Shown piece by piece: positions 1 through 13,034 of a stretch of 64,000 nt of DNA. The first letter of the stretch is position 1, and each line of letters opens with the position of its first letter. Origin of the DNA: Pavona decussata (Eukaryota). The notes beneath the pieces were generated by a model that saw only the letters and a program-made list of their open reading frames with translations, had not been told where the DNA came from and did no database searches. The stretch lies in the NCBI GenBank assembly GCA_977016875.1, contig CDRNST010000101.1:310001-374000 (forward strand). Reading direction: 5' to 3'. The translations under genes and the position numbers were made by a program.

Positions 1-1409
1 GTATTGCTGTTTGTACAGGTACCGCTCCTGTAAAGTGTGAATCGTTATAATGAAAGCTGCCCACATCTCCAAGCTTTCGCTGAACTTTGTACGCTGCGTC
101 TCTAACGGGCGAATTCCCGGGGTAAAATTTACGTGGATTTTTTTAAAAAATGTAACTAAACTGGATTTCAAATAACAACACCGTACCATAAAAAGGAAAC
201 TTTAATGCTACTCAAAACGTATTCAATCGCCAATGAAATCTCATTGCTGATGTGAAATACACCGAATTTGCGATAGAATGCATAACTGGTCGCTTACCAA
301 TCCGCTCTTAAACACCTCTTCGCACTCGTTTTGTAGAGTCCGTAACCGAGTTCACTTCGCTGTTACACGGCTAAACACATACGACAGAGCGCCTTCATAG
401 CTCTGCTAACATAGCTCCGTCGGCAATTTCGATTGTACTATTTTGTTCAGAAGAAAAACAAGCAAAAGAACTGCGCTAATCCCCAGAATCCATATTCTCT
501 TCAGTGTTGTAAACAAGAGCGGTTCTTCATTCTACGTCATCGATCACGTGCTTCACTAAAGACGATTTTTACTTCCGGTCTTCAAAAAGGGGAAAATTTC
601 GCCTTTCTCCGGCAATTTTCGGCCTTTTATTTGTTTCTTTTGAACTTTTTGTGCCGTTTACCCTTTATTATAGTCCAAATGCTACCTTTTAAGCGAAAGT
701 TGTTTTGGGGTCTAGAGTATCCCTTTAATACTTATCTCTGTACTGAGTTCGTGAATGAAATGAATTCGAGAAAGAAAAGAAATTTGTGCTTTCAACATTT
801 TATGTCAGGTTTTTATCAAATAAACTTCGCTGTTACACGTCCAACAGAATTCAATCTTGAGCAAAATTTGCATCCATCGGGAAAGTTTGGGTTTAGTGCC
901 ACGGAATCAAATTTCAACTGCAATGTTCGTCAATATTAACTGGATGGAAATATCTCAGCAGAATCTTTTCCATTTTTTCCAGAAATCTTTTTTGTGAAAG
1001 ACTGGGGCCGCGGTAAAATAATTTTCCGTGGGAAATAAATTCATCAACCGGGACAGGGCTGACAGCACGCCCATTGTACATTTCATCGGGTCAGAAATAG
1101 ATCTCAACCGCAAACTAGCCTGTGGAACTACGAAAAGACCATGCTCATCAAAATAGTTGCTCTGTTCAGAAACCTTTTTAAATCCTCATTTGGTGCTACA
1201 ATACGAGTAAAGAGAGCTTTTACTTATTTCAAACTCGAACTTCAAATGATTGTGAAGTCACAGCCATGCATGGCATGATACAAGGCTGATTGATCGCGCC
1301 GCGAAGTCGAAGTTGAAAGAAAAATACCTGTCTCACACTACTTTCGCTTATCAGAAGGATTAACCAGACAACACTTCTACTATAAAATTGACTTTTTCCA
1401 GAATGATTC

Positions 1410-1523
1410 TGTCATAAGACTCGAGTCGAAAAGCGACGAGTGAGCGGGTTATTCCAAAGTTCAATGTATGAAGTTCTAATGAGCATACGTGTCACGCGTC
1501 ACGCATAACATCCTAACGTGACA
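1410..1523 (-). repeat. 3' LTR (114 bp) of first Gypsy
   Basis: tgtcataag...cgtgaca; 6 substitutions versus the 5549-5662 copy; PPT at 1524-1534. Confidence 0.95.
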
Positions 1524-1666
1524 TCTCCTCTTCTAAGACAGTTCGAAAATAAACGAGGTTCTAACAATTAAACAAGGTTCAAACAGTCCAAAGGTTTTGG
1601 GCGTGTGACTACAAAATCACCCAAAGGTTCTTTTAGTTTAAACTTGTAGTCAGTTTGACGGTGTCA

Positions 1667-3511
1667 CTATACAGTTTCAATAAGACGCTGTGGTGGTCTT
1701 CGGACCCGTAGACTTCTTCTGATGGGTTGATTCGTTTGCGGGATATCAGGCTGTGATTCCATCTCTGGCGTTTCGATACCAGCATCAGTGTTTGGCTGCA
1801 TACAAGGATTTGACTCATCACTGGCTACTGTTTCCCATGCTGGGCTTGGGGCTGGCGATGCCTCTTCCTTGGTCGGCTGAAGATGGAAACGGTTTCGACG
1901 CATCTGCTTTCCATCTGGGGTCACCACAATGTACGAACGAGGAGTCTGGTGTTGTTGGACGACCACCGCAGGTGTCCAATCCCGTCCCCACTTCATTCGC
2001 ACAGGTTCGCCTTCGTAAAGTTTGCAAAGTGGCCGAGTGCCACGGTCATAGAACGCTTTCTGACGTTGTTGACGTGTCAACAGGTTGTGACGAATCTGAG
2101 AAGTAGACCTAGGCTGCGGTTCAAGGAGGTTCTTGGAAGTTGGCAGTCGTGTTCTAAGCTTTCTACTCATAAGTAGTTCTGCTGGGGATTCATCCATTCC
2201 GCTGATAGGGGAATTACGGAACTCTAATAACGCGAGGAATGCAACCTGTTTGGACTCATTAGCTTTCCTTAGTAACTGCTTAACAGTCTGCATGTTTCTT
2301 TCCACGAGACCATTAGACTTTGGGTAGTGTGGACTTGAGGTTACCACTTCTATCTCCCACTTGCTGGCAAAGTCCTTAAAATTCGCACTGTTGAAAGGCG
2401 TGTTGTCTGCGATTAGCCTCTCAGGGATTCCATGACGCGCAAACATATCTTTCATTGCCAGGATAACTGCTTCACTATTCTTACTGGAAAGGCGAGCTAC
2501 TTCAGGATAGTTTGAGAAATAGTCAACTACAAGCAGGTAGTCTCTCCCGTTATAGTAGAAAATGTCTGCTGCAACTGTCGCCCAGGGTCTCTCGGGGACC
2601 TCTTGAGGAATCAAAGGCTCTCTCTGGTTGCTTCGCTGGTGTTGCTGACAGGTACTGCACTTGGATACCAACTTGTCAATTGCACTATTGATACCTGGCC
2701 AAAACACTGCTCCTCTAGCTCGCACTTTGCACTTCTCTATTCCCAAGTGAGCGGCGTGTATGCGTTGTCGGATTTCGGGTCGCAGGCTGTGGGGAACAAT
2801 TATGCGATCACCCTTGAACATTAAACCCTCATAGCACCTTATTTCATCTCTGTAGTTCCAGTAAGGTCTTGTCTCAACTGGTGTCTCTACCTTGGTCTGC
2901 GGCCAGCCACTCATGACAACTTTCTGCAACTGTTGAAGTTCAGGGTCACTCTTAGTCTCGTCCCTCAACTTGTAAAACATCATCTCAGACATCTGTCCAG
3001 AGTCCAGGACATGAATTTCAAACTCATCAGGTTGGTTTGTAGCTTTGCTGGGTACGTATGCTCTGGAGAGCGTATCAGCTAAAATCAGTCGGCTGTCAGG
3101 TAGGTACTTAACATTAACTGCATAAGGCTTGATCCTGAGAATCATCCTTTGAAGACGGAGGGGTGCTTGATGAATGGGCTTCTTCAGGATTGCTTCCAAC
3201 GGTTTGTGATCACTTTCAACTGAAATCTCTCGTTGCCCATACAAATAATCATGAAAGCGTTCACAGCCAAAGACAATGGCCAGCATTTCTTTTTCCATCT
3301 GCGCATAATTTTCCTGGCTTGGAGTCAGGGCTTTGGATGCGTAAGCAACTGGGCAGTCATTTTGCGGAAGGACTGCACCAACACCTTTTGAGCTTGCATC
3401 AACAGACAGGGTCACTGGTTCTTTCGGGTCAAACAACTTGAGGACTGGAGCTGACGAGATTGCAGTTTTCGGGCTTGTAAATGCGTCATTTCTACTTGTC
3501 CCCAGGACCAT
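1667..3511 (-). pseudogene. pol: Gypsy pol C-terminal part: RNase H + integrase (frameshifted from RT)
   Basis: VDASSKGVGAVL, EKEMLAIVFGCERFH, ESDHKPL (RNase H); HHCC finger (HAAHLG..CSTC); ADIF/ADN/VER integrase triad. Confidence 0.93.
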
Positions 3512-4368
3512 TCAACATCTTTCTGGAGTAGCTGGCGGAGTGGAGCGCTCTTCTGAGAAATGTTTAGGATGAACTTAGATAAATAGGTGACCACACACAG
3601 GAACCTCTGTAAGCATTCTCGATTGGCTGGGGTTGGCATAGCAAGGATTCCTTCAACTTTCTTAGGGTCTGGTTTGACACCATCTGCACTCAACACGTGG
3701 CCCACATAATGAACTTCGGATACTCGAAAATGGCATTTCTCCCTGTTAAGCTTGAGGTTACGCTCACGACAGCGGTCCAACACCTGTCTAAGCCTCTCAT
3801 CATGCTGCTCCACATCTTCCCCCCACACAACAAGATTATCCACAATTACCTCAACACCGTCAATGTCCTGAAACAAATGGGACATAACATTCTGGAACAC
3901 CTCTGGGGCCGATGCTATCCCAAAGGGCAAACGTGTGTAACTATACCGACCAAATGGGGTGTTAAAGGTAGCTAGCTTGCTACTGTCCTTGGCTAGTTTA
4001 AGCTGCCAAAAGCCATGGTTAGCATCAAGGACACTGAACACTTTTGCACTGGGCATCCTGCTAATCACATCTTCCACGGTGTGCATGGGAAAGTGTTCCC
4101 GCCTGACGGCACGATTGAGGTCGCTAGGATCCATGCACACTCTGAGCTTGTTATTCTTCTTCTTGGCAACCACAAGACTGTGTACCCAGGCGGTGGGCTC
4201 TGTACATTTCTTAATGACTCCCAGCTTCTCCATTCTCTGAAGCGCCTCTTTAAGAGGCTCGCGAAGGGCCACAGGAACCCGACGGGGAGGGTGCACAACA
4301 GGGGTGGCATTGGGATCAATTTGAATTTTGTGCTGGACGCCTGTAATCTCACCCAGGCCCTCAAACAC
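3412..4368 (-). pseudogene. pol: Gypsy reverse transcriptase (catalytic xxDD motif reads IVDN)
   Basis: LRVCMDPSDLN, LDANHGFWQ, LPFGIASAPEVFQ, VIVDNLVVWG; frameshifts at both ends. Confidence 0.92.
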
Positions 4369-4445
4369 GTCTGCATACTCGGATTCTAGGTTCTCCTCTT
4401 CAAGGCGGTAAATTCTCTTTATCAGGCCTAAATCAAGACAGGACT

Positions 4446-5529
4446 TCAGTCCAAGAATGGATGGTAGATCTTGCCGCTGGGTGTGATTCGACGTCTGTCA
4501 TACACTTTCAGCTTGGCTTTGCAATGGCGGGACTGTTTGGGATCCACTGGAAGTCGATCAAGCAGCGACTTGGAAATGACATTACAATCAGCCCCCGAAT
4601 CTATTTTGAAAGTCACATTTGTATCAGCGATCTTGAGTGAGACGTGCCACTCATCTTGAGAAGGGCATTCATCATTGGACTCCACGGCGAAGGTCAGTAA
4701 ATCGGCTTTGTTATCACTGCCCTCCGATTCAGCGACTGTGTGCACTGTTTTCCTGACAAAATCCGGCAGTCTCTTTCGGCAAACATTCGCAAAATGATCC
4801 TTCTTCTTGCAGTAATCACATATTTTGCCGAAAGCAGGGCAACATCCCCACGAGTGAGAAGAACCACAAAACGTGCACTTTCCTTTTTGTGAGCCCGAAC
4901 CTGGTCTCGGTCGACGCGAAGGATTTTTCTTCTGTCTGTCACCGCTGCCTGCTCGAATTTCATTCACGGTCGGATTTTCAATGTTTTGCTCATTTGGCTC
5001 CATCGCTTTTATCTGTTCTTTGGAAGCCTCGGACGATCTTGCCTTAGAAATTGCTTTTTCCAGAGTAAGCTTCTCCTTCCTCAGTAATCGTTCCTTAACT
5101 TGTAGATCTCGTATACTAAACACGAACTTGTCTCGCAGCATGCCATCAACCGGCGGTGGGTACTCGCAAGATTTCACCTTGTTTTTCAAACGTGTCACGA
5201 ACTGATCTACGGTTTTGGAATCTTTCTGTGTTATCTGCCAAAACTGATGTCTCTCAAACACTACGTTCTTTCTGGGGTTACAGTACTGTTCAAATTTCTC
5301 AAGGACTTTGTCCAGCTTGTTCGCGTCGCCTTCGGCAAACTGAAATGTGTTGAAGACCTCAATGGCGTCTTCTCCTGCAAAGTTTAACTATATAGCAATC
5401 TTGACCCCATCGCCTTTCTTTTCGCTTCTTTAAGCAGTTATGTAGATATCAAACTGTTGTTTAAATCTCCGCCAATTTTCTGATGTTTCCGTCGAAACTG
5501 AAAGCGCTAGGCTTGTGAAAACTATCCAT
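4446..5529 (-). pseudogene. gag: Gypsy gag + aspartic protease (frameshifted)
   Basis: ATG at 5529 (MDSFHKP..); CxxC/H knuckle region (CTFCGSSH..CPAFGKICDYCKKKDHF); protease FKIDSGADC. Confidence 0.9.
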
Positions 5530-5548
5530 GTTTTACTCTCTGACACCA

Positions 5549-5662
5549 TGTCATAAGAATCGAGTCGAAAAGCGACGAGCGAGCGAGCTATTCCAAAGTT
5601 CAATGTATAAAGTTCTAATGAGCATGCGTGTCACGCGTCACGCATAACATCCTAACGTGACA
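5549..5662 (-). repeat. 5' LTR (114 bp) of first Gypsy
   Basis: Direct repeat of 1410-1523; PBS at 5535-5548 resembles the complement of the tRNA-Leu 3' end (..CTGACACCA). Confidence 0.95.
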
Positions 5663-5779
5663 GATTCATGGTTTGCACTGCTTTTGTGCTGGATTATAAT
5701 TATTTTTCCGCAGTGGCCACTGAAAATTATTGTCAGCCAACTTTCCGCCTCGCTTACGGTTTTTGCGTGAATTTCCTTA

Positions 5780-5908
5780 CCCTCTGGAGAAATTCTTTAT
5801 AGGAACACCCCCCCAGCCCCTCGGAAATTTTCGTCTATTAGCCCCCCTCCTCCTCGGAATTTCCATTGACCATCCGTGGGGGGTATGGATATTTTCTGGA
5901 ACTGCACA
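5780..5908. repeat. Terminal inverted-repeat end of a non-autonomous DNA transposon; the Gypsy probably sits inside it
   Basis: Ends GGGGTATGGATATTTTCTGGAACTGCACA, a TG..CA type terminus I recall from cnidarian repeats; partner end not in window. Confidence 0.45.
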
Positions 5909-8900
5909 ATACAGGAAAAATAATGTTTGGTTGTGACCTGAAATATTTCAGTGAGCGCTTTAATTTAAAATTAGAGCGTGTTTACAAAACTTATGCACTG
6001 CAAATTGGGAATGAATTACACAAGTCCAACACAAAATGTTCAAAGCAATTCATAACTCTGTGAATATTTCTCGTACAGAAATAATTTTAGTCTCTAAGTA
6101 AACGTTAACAAAAGGAGAATACAGCAAAAATAATGTTTGCTGTGGTCCGAAATATTGAAATGTTTACTGCGTGTTTACAAATGTGCCCTGTGAATGAATT
6201 ACACAAGTCCAACACAAAACATAACTCTGTGAATAGCTCTGTGAATGTTCAAAATTAATTTATCCACTAATATTTGTCGTATGGCAACGATTAAGTATTT
6301 GTGTATAATTTGAAGTATGTTAAATATGGAAAATTACCGACAGTTGCCTGCAAAAATGCATTTAATATCTATGCGACTTGTGAGTTGCTTACTCACCCAG
6401 CTCACCACATGTCTGTTTTCAACTGACATTTCGCCTGTTTGTTCGTCGCTCTCGGGGTTTAAATTTGCTTATTAGTCGCGCGATTTCTCGACATATCTAG
6501 TTTGACAACATATTCAACGAATACAAGAAATTACTGTTCTTCAAAATTCTCGTTTGTTTTCTAAAAGAAGTAAGCCATCCCACTTCCCGCCGAAAAAACA
6601 CTGGTTGCCGCACAGGTTGAGTGTGACATTTCACAATGACTTTCATAAAGGGGCGGATGTATATACGTACGCCGGACGGGCAGTGACGTGATAACTAAAA
6701 TTTTTTGCATACATGGGTTTACCAAAATCTCTTATTAATGGGGCTTGGCGCACGGAGCTGTTATTATCGTGACCACTGCCTTCTTGCCCCTTTACTCTTG
6801 GGTTCCCACCCTTTTTGGCATACAAAGCTGAGATATAAAGCCATTTGGTCAGAGTCGTCCAGAACTTCTGTCTTCTTTTTAAGTCTTGAATTCTATTGTA
6901 AATACTAAGTTGTCAAGGAAACTAATGAACTTACAAGTAAGTTTGTCTTAATTTAGACAACTATAATTGAGACATCTCAATGAGGAGAATCACACCCAGT
7001 ACCTTGACAGATTGTAGTGAAGGCGCAGTTGTTATCTTCTTGAGGTTCTCATAAAATTATGTATGGAAATTCCAAAGCTAGACACTGAAACGATAAATTG
7101 TTTTTCAATGGTTTACAAGTTGGCACTTGTACAAGTACAACAACACACAACAAAAGTGATAATTTGAATCTGAACAATTCTAAAATATATTTGTTTAGAA
7201 CATTAAACTTTAAACTTCCTGGCATTATTTCTTTTGAAAAAAAGCTTAACTTGCTTGTGTCCTTTCATGGGATTCTTGCATAAAGCACAATAGTGCGGTT
7301 TCTTTGCTTTCTGGGCAGCATCTTCCTGTGTACCCCTCTTTCCTTTCTGTGAATTTGTGCTCGGGACAGGCAGGTCGGGTTCTGTTAAAACAGTATCTTA
7401 AATTTTAGTAACTTATTTCATGTAATAAATATTACCAGCAGTTTGTTTAGTGTTCTCATCCAGGTTTGGTTTAGTTCTAAAAAGAACTGTTGTTGGGGAC
7501 ATTGACTGCCGTTTTGACAACCTGACCAACCTGACTGTGAAGACGGCAACCGCTCAGGTGGCTAACATAAGTCAGTATCATCAACAACAGTTCTTCTCAG
7601 AACTACTTCCACACTAGACAAACTACCAGTAGACCTGGATCCATTTGTGAATGTTTAGTACCCTTCTTTTACGTTGCTACATTTCAACCATATAGGATAT
7701 ATTTCATTCATTGCCACATCTTCTTAACAAATTATTATTAAAAGTCAGACTCCTAATTACCATTAAGCTGGTTCCAGTAAACTTCTGGCATACCTGGTGT
7801 ACAAGTTGGGGGGACATCTTCCACAACCAATTTGGCTCTTTTAACTTTCTTTTGAATTGCTTCCTCTCTTGGCTGCTTGTCAAGCATAGCATTCATTGGT
7901 TCTGGGGTGATCTCTTTTAGCTTCCTAGCTGCATCATTCAATTCATCTTTGCTTGAAGACAAGCATGTCTGAAATATTTCCTCCACATAATCTGTATGGG
8001 TAAAAACAACCATGGAAACTTGTATTAAAGAAATTAATTGTTTGCACTGATTGCCAGCTTACAGACCCACCTATTGCCTGAGGTGATCCTTGCGTCTTAA
8101 ACTGATAGGAACACTGCTGCTGTGTATCTTTTGTGGACATCCCACAGATAAATTTACATGGTTATTCACATAATCCCATGTTACTTCTGGATTGTTTGTT
8201 AACTTAAAGGGATTCAATATCAACTCAATTGAAAAGAAGTATAATTACCATAATTTGGAGTGATTTTATGTCACGAAATTTTGCTTCTCCATTTTTGAAT
8301 TTGGGGTAATATACTCGTACTCTTTCCGATCCATCACTTTCTTTACATTTCACATCCCTTTTTGAGGCCATGTTGTTGGGCAGATTGGTTATTAGCAAGT
8401 GTTTTCCAGAACAATGCAAACTCAGACAATTCCAGACCGAAGTCTTAAGAACACTAATATCCACTTAAATATTTTATTAACAATCCCTCTTGAAGAAAGT
8501 AATTGGAAACAGCAGGCAGCAGTAACACAAATTAATTGCAGATAATAACAAATTATTGGTTTTCATGTTTACCTCCAATACATCCCAACATATGAAAATG
8601 AAATCATCTTAGGAGCTAAATGGTTGAGAAGAGAATGGAATCCCTCAAGACAGCTGGTTTGTGCAAATGGAGAAGCTTGTTTAATGCCCTTCATTAAACT
8701 GTTGTTGGTTAGAGCTGCACACAGTTTTTCGTAGACAATGGAACTCTAAAAACATCAACAAAATATGGTTATGTGGCTGTAAGCTCAAGAGGAGGTGGGG
8801 GGAGAGAAATAAAGGGTCGTCAAACCGATCTATTTTGACAAACAACTCAAGACAAATTTTGTCTTGCAAAGGCTTAGATTAACCAGTTTCTATAAAGAAG

Positions 8901-10827
8901 CAAATAGTGCCCATGTCCTCTCCACATGATATAGCCTACTAAATAAGTATTACAGATGTAGAGGGGGGTTTATTACACACAATTTTGTTTCAATTGTTTT
9001 AAGGTGTATGTACCTGCTTGGAGCCACTTTCTTGGCTGTATATCATCATGTCCACACTTAGTGAAAACTGGATCAGCAAGGGAGGAATGCTTGTTGATGA
9101 TGTGGCTTAAAAATGACTTAAACTTTGCCCTTATGACTTTGCCATTTTCAGTGAATGTAGATGTAGCACTCCAGTATAGATGATTTTCACATGGCTTTAT
9201 CCAGTCCGCCAGAGCCTCACATCCTGATTCCTTTGACAACTTACTTAGAATTTTCCTTATTTCTAAAAAAGAGAACAAATGTTTTATATTAGAATTCTAA
9301 TCACATTTTGTATTAGTTGTTGACACTTGATCCCCCCAATTTACTCATGAAAAAGGAAAGCAATGCATTTTGTTTACACTGTTTGTGCGAAGTATTGTTA
9401 TAAACCACAGAAGACCTCACTGCATTGTATGTTTTGTTTACCATTTGTTTTGAACCAAGAGCATTGGTGATGAAATGTTAGGCTGACATCACAAACACAA
9501 CCATTACAGGTTGAGTGGTCATATTTGTAGTCCATACTGTACTTATTACATAAATGGTATCTTCATCCATAGTATGCACATACTTACTCTTCTTTAAATG
9601 CCATATATCAAAGTAGTGTACAATGTTCTTCAGCACAGTTTTCATGTGAGAGGCAATTTTAATATGGCAGTCTGAAATGAACGTCTGTATTAAAATGCCA
9701 TAGCCCAGAAGATACTGCATGCACTGTTCAAAACCCATAAATTCCATGGCTGGGCTACTTCTGGCTTGGTTTCTCTGAAAAAGAATAAAGAAACTAAGGA
9801 TTACACAAAAAATTTTGCCTTGACCTGAATGCACTAATTTCTCCAAGCATTCCCAAGAAAAGTTAAAATCAATTTGGTATTAACCAGGAGTTTCAACAGT
9901 AAAACCAAAGGAATTTGATTTTTTGTTCAAGTTACAGAAATCAGGATGTATGACCCTCTATAGATCTTAAATTCCAGTGAATGATGTCCTGTAAAGAAAA
10001 CAGTAAGTAAAAGACTCAAGCTGTCTACATTCCTGTACATACCTGGATAAGAGCAAAGTGAATGATCTTTAAGGCCCTTCACCTTCTCCAGCAATTTAGC
10101 CTGGTATTTTTGCCAATAGATAGAGATGGTTGGGAATAGTTTGCTCTGAAAGGATTTTAAGACAAAGCATTACACACTGACAATTAAACATTAATTTAAA
10201 ATTAATACTGAAGATTGTTTTGTTGTCACCAAGTTGTAGCACACATTTCATAATTACTACTACATTACGTTTTGGGGAATAAAAAAAGATGTTTTTCTTC
10301 ATGTAAAAACCCCTTTAACCCCTGGTGCCCTGAAAGTATTAAGTAGCTTACCCTTTGGTGCTTGAAGAAGGTGTTAGGGACACACAACCAAGGCCCATGT
10401 GTGCAATTATGTGTGACACTTTTCTCATAGAGCCACCAGGTAGCAATATGGCCATACACAACAGGAAATTGCCAGCTGCAATACAAGAGTTGGGCATATC
10501 TGGCTGACTATGCCGAGTCTGTACTTGCTTGGGACTTTTCGGGTTGCTGCATGTTGAAGCAATTGCTGCCTTCGTCCCAACCTGCCTGGCCTCCAAAGCA
10601 GGGTTGTCTGTCTTGCATGTGTGGCAAAAACCAAAATAGCAGCAGCAAATGTGTCAAAAACGCAATGTTTTTTTGGCTCAGTTCGCAAATTTGTGCCAGT
10701 TACTTTCAGCCTTAAAGTGGGTGAATAAAACAATTGAATCAACAGAGGAATTAATATCTGAGCATATACACTTTACAAAACAAAAAAAGAAAAGAAAGAT
10801 ATTTCCCTCTAGTCATTTTTCCTGATA

Positions 10828-11376
10828 CAGTCAACTCTCTCGTAAGTGACCACCCTTGGGGCACAACAAAGTGGTCGCTTACGGGAAAGATCAACAAAAT
10901 ATGGCTTACACTGGATTGATTAATTAGTTACATAAAAATGTCAACTTAGCAGATAAAATTAAGCAAATAGAAACAAATTAATTGGATTTTTTGACATCTA
11001 TTCATTCTTCTGATGAAACTTTGTATAACGTTTTGGAACAGATCAATGTAACAATTTCCCTTTGCCTACAGATCTAATTATAGCCAGCTTCTCTGTCTGT
11101 AAACTGTTATTATCTGACAGCAGTCTGGGGTAGCATCATTAAAATTGAATTTTTGTCACTTCTGAGTAATGATTTACTAATGATCATCTGTGATTATGTT
11201 GGGTGGTTGCTTACTGGAAACTGAAAACGAAAGAATACGTGTAATTTCTGAACTAAAAAGTGGCTGCAGTCCCTTAAGAAATTTGATTGGTGGTTGCTTA
11301 CGAGAGAGCTCTTGAAACAGTATTTAACTGAGAAAAAAATGGTTACAAGAAGTGGTCGCCATGACAGAGTTGACTA
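10828..11376. mobile_element. Tc1/mariner-type MITE in a Kolobok intron
   Basis: TA|CAGTCAACTCTC...GAGTTGACT termini; internal GTGGTYGCTTACG repeats. Confidence 0.7.
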
Positions 11377-12305
11377 AATATTAAAATATATTGCATTAAA
11401 TACTAACCGTGCAGGATTTTTATTATCTTCTTCTTCTCCCTCATTTTCTTTTTTGTCTCTGTTTTTTCGTTTTCAGTCTCGTAGAGATCATCATCATCTT
11501 CCTCCTCTTGTTCCTCAGATTCCGTAGGCACCTCTGTGTGTCATCATCAGCTGGCTCCTCGGGGTCTTCTGATTCTGTTGGGTCCATGCTAGTCTCTTTC
11601 TCATCACAGATCTGGTGTTGAAGGTTGCTCACTAGATACAAATAAAACTAACAATTAACCTAACAATCAAGAAATAATTTCAAGCACAATCTGTCTAGCA
11701 TTAAAAAACAAATGAAATAAAACACAAAGCTTTATTGCCAGTCATCAAGCCATGCACCTGCAGATGTACCAGTACAGGCATACTCAGTTTATATTTATAG
11801 TAGGTTCAAAAATATATTTCCTTTGTTGGATACATCTCTGTATTCCCAAAGTTTGAACACAACTGCTTACCCTGTTTATTCAAGCTCTTCAAGGCATTCC
11901 GTTTCACGGCCAACCAAGCCCTCACAGACTTCACCTGATTTCTCAGACGCCTGTTCTCTTCCAGCAGTCCCACAACTTGCCCCTTTGGCTCAGAGTTTGT
12001 CTCAGAGTAAGGGATGTTTGGCTGGGAATAGGAATTCCGGGTTGCCAACGTCGCTGCGGTCCGGTTCTTTAATTTCTTCATGCTTGCTACTGGCTGCTTC
12101 CAATGTGTCCTCCTGGTTATCCTCCTCCGCAGCCGAACTCTCAGTCGAATTGGATGGCCCAGGAACAACTCTCGCCGCTTCAATCGCCTCTTTGATAATC
12201 TACGGCAAACAGGAAAATAGCAGTGTCGATAAAAACTGATTCTCAGATGATTTGATGACATTAAACATAGGAAAAAATTGTGATCTTCTCAAGCGATTAT
12301 CTCAC

Positions 12306-12665
12306 CTTTTTCTTTTGGTTCAATCCGACTGTTTCATAATATTCAGGATCGTTCGACTGAATTGTCAGATACACACAGACTCCAAGTTTGTCTCGTAGTA
12401 ATCGAGGGTTGCTTGGAGTTGTTTGGCCTGGAAGAACCGCAAAATAGCAGTTGAAATCTTCCCTTTTGAAGTGCTTTGAGCACACAGCAGAGCATTCGCT
12501 TGGTGTCCAATTTGCCCTCCTCCACAGCACAAAATCGACCCATTTCTTTCTTCTCCTGACCTCCTCTGGATTCGTTTTACCATAATATGGTATCTTGTGT
12601 AAGCCTACTCCATTTAATAAATCGCTTACATTGTTACAACCGTAAACAACACACAAATCAGGCAT
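12306..12665 (-). CDS. THAP zinc-finger exon 1 of Kolobok transposase
   Basis: MPDLCVVYGCNN..LHKIP..KKWVDFV..SAVCSKHF (C2CH THAP signature); GTGAG donor at about 12305. Confidence 0.9.
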
Positions 12666-12937
12666 GATGGAGACTTTGCTCGCATCTATCGAAAAATGTC
12701 CTTTTGCCACGCCGTTGGGCGCTAAGCATTAACTCCTTGGATGACGTCACAGTCAAGCTCGTCCCATTCTCCATTCATGCCCGGCGTTGGAGCAAAAGCA
12801 GGCCAAAATGTGAAAGTTCACAAAATCATAAGAATTTATGAGAAAAAGCTATTCCAAAAATTTTTTCGCTGGAATCATCAGGGAAGTTATTAGAATAGAT
12901 TAAAAGGAAAAAATTTGGAGGGTTAGTTCCACTTTAA

Positions 12938-13034
12938 TTTAAAGACCCTGAGTGTTGCTCCAGCCGGGGTTTGAACCCACGACCTCCCGCATAGGAGCGT
13001 GGTGCTCTACCAACTGACCCAACCGGGTGGCGGT
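12938..13034 (-). mobile_element. tRNA-derived SINE 5' head
   Basis: Minus strand A-box (GTCAGTTGGTAGAGC) and B-box (GGTTCAAACCC) followed by ACACTCAGGGTCTTTAAA; cut by the Kolobok at TTAA. Confidence 0.8.

Larger units (their letters stand above)
1410..5662 (-). mobile_element. Full-length Ty3/Gypsy LTR retrotransposon (Mag-like), defective
   Basis: TG..CA direct repeats at 1410-1523 and 5549-5662; 5-bp TSD GATTC (1405-1409, 5663-5667); PBS TGGTGTCAGAG and PPT AGAAGAGGAGA on minus; gag-PR-RT-RH-IN order. Confidence 0.96.
7200..12933 (-). mobile_element. Kolobok-superfamily DNA transposon (THAP + DDE transposase, about 11 exons), defective; only the right end is visible
   Basis: Terminus TTAA|AGTGGAACTAACC at 12933-12937 (purine-purine end plus TTAA target); exon peptides SQP..AGNFLLCMAILL, SPAMEFMGF, FISD.H..HYFDIWHLKK, NHLYWSA, TSCLEGFHSLLNHLAPKM, YPKFKNGEA. 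Confidence 0.8.

Noticed and set aside
433-939. 168-aa ORF
   Set aside because: TTG start, no recognisable domain, lies in repeat-like non-coding DNA
5909-6240. Local ~210-bp-period duplication
   Set aside because: Two diverged copies only, no termini or coding signal
7483-7625. Hammerhead ribozyme in a Penelope-like terminal repeat fragment
   Set aside because: The expected CTGA..GA / GAAA core is degenerate; cannot be supported
12950-13030. tRNA gene
   Set aside because: A/B boxes present but no proper acceptor stem, and it continues into SINE sequence; same for 38352-38412
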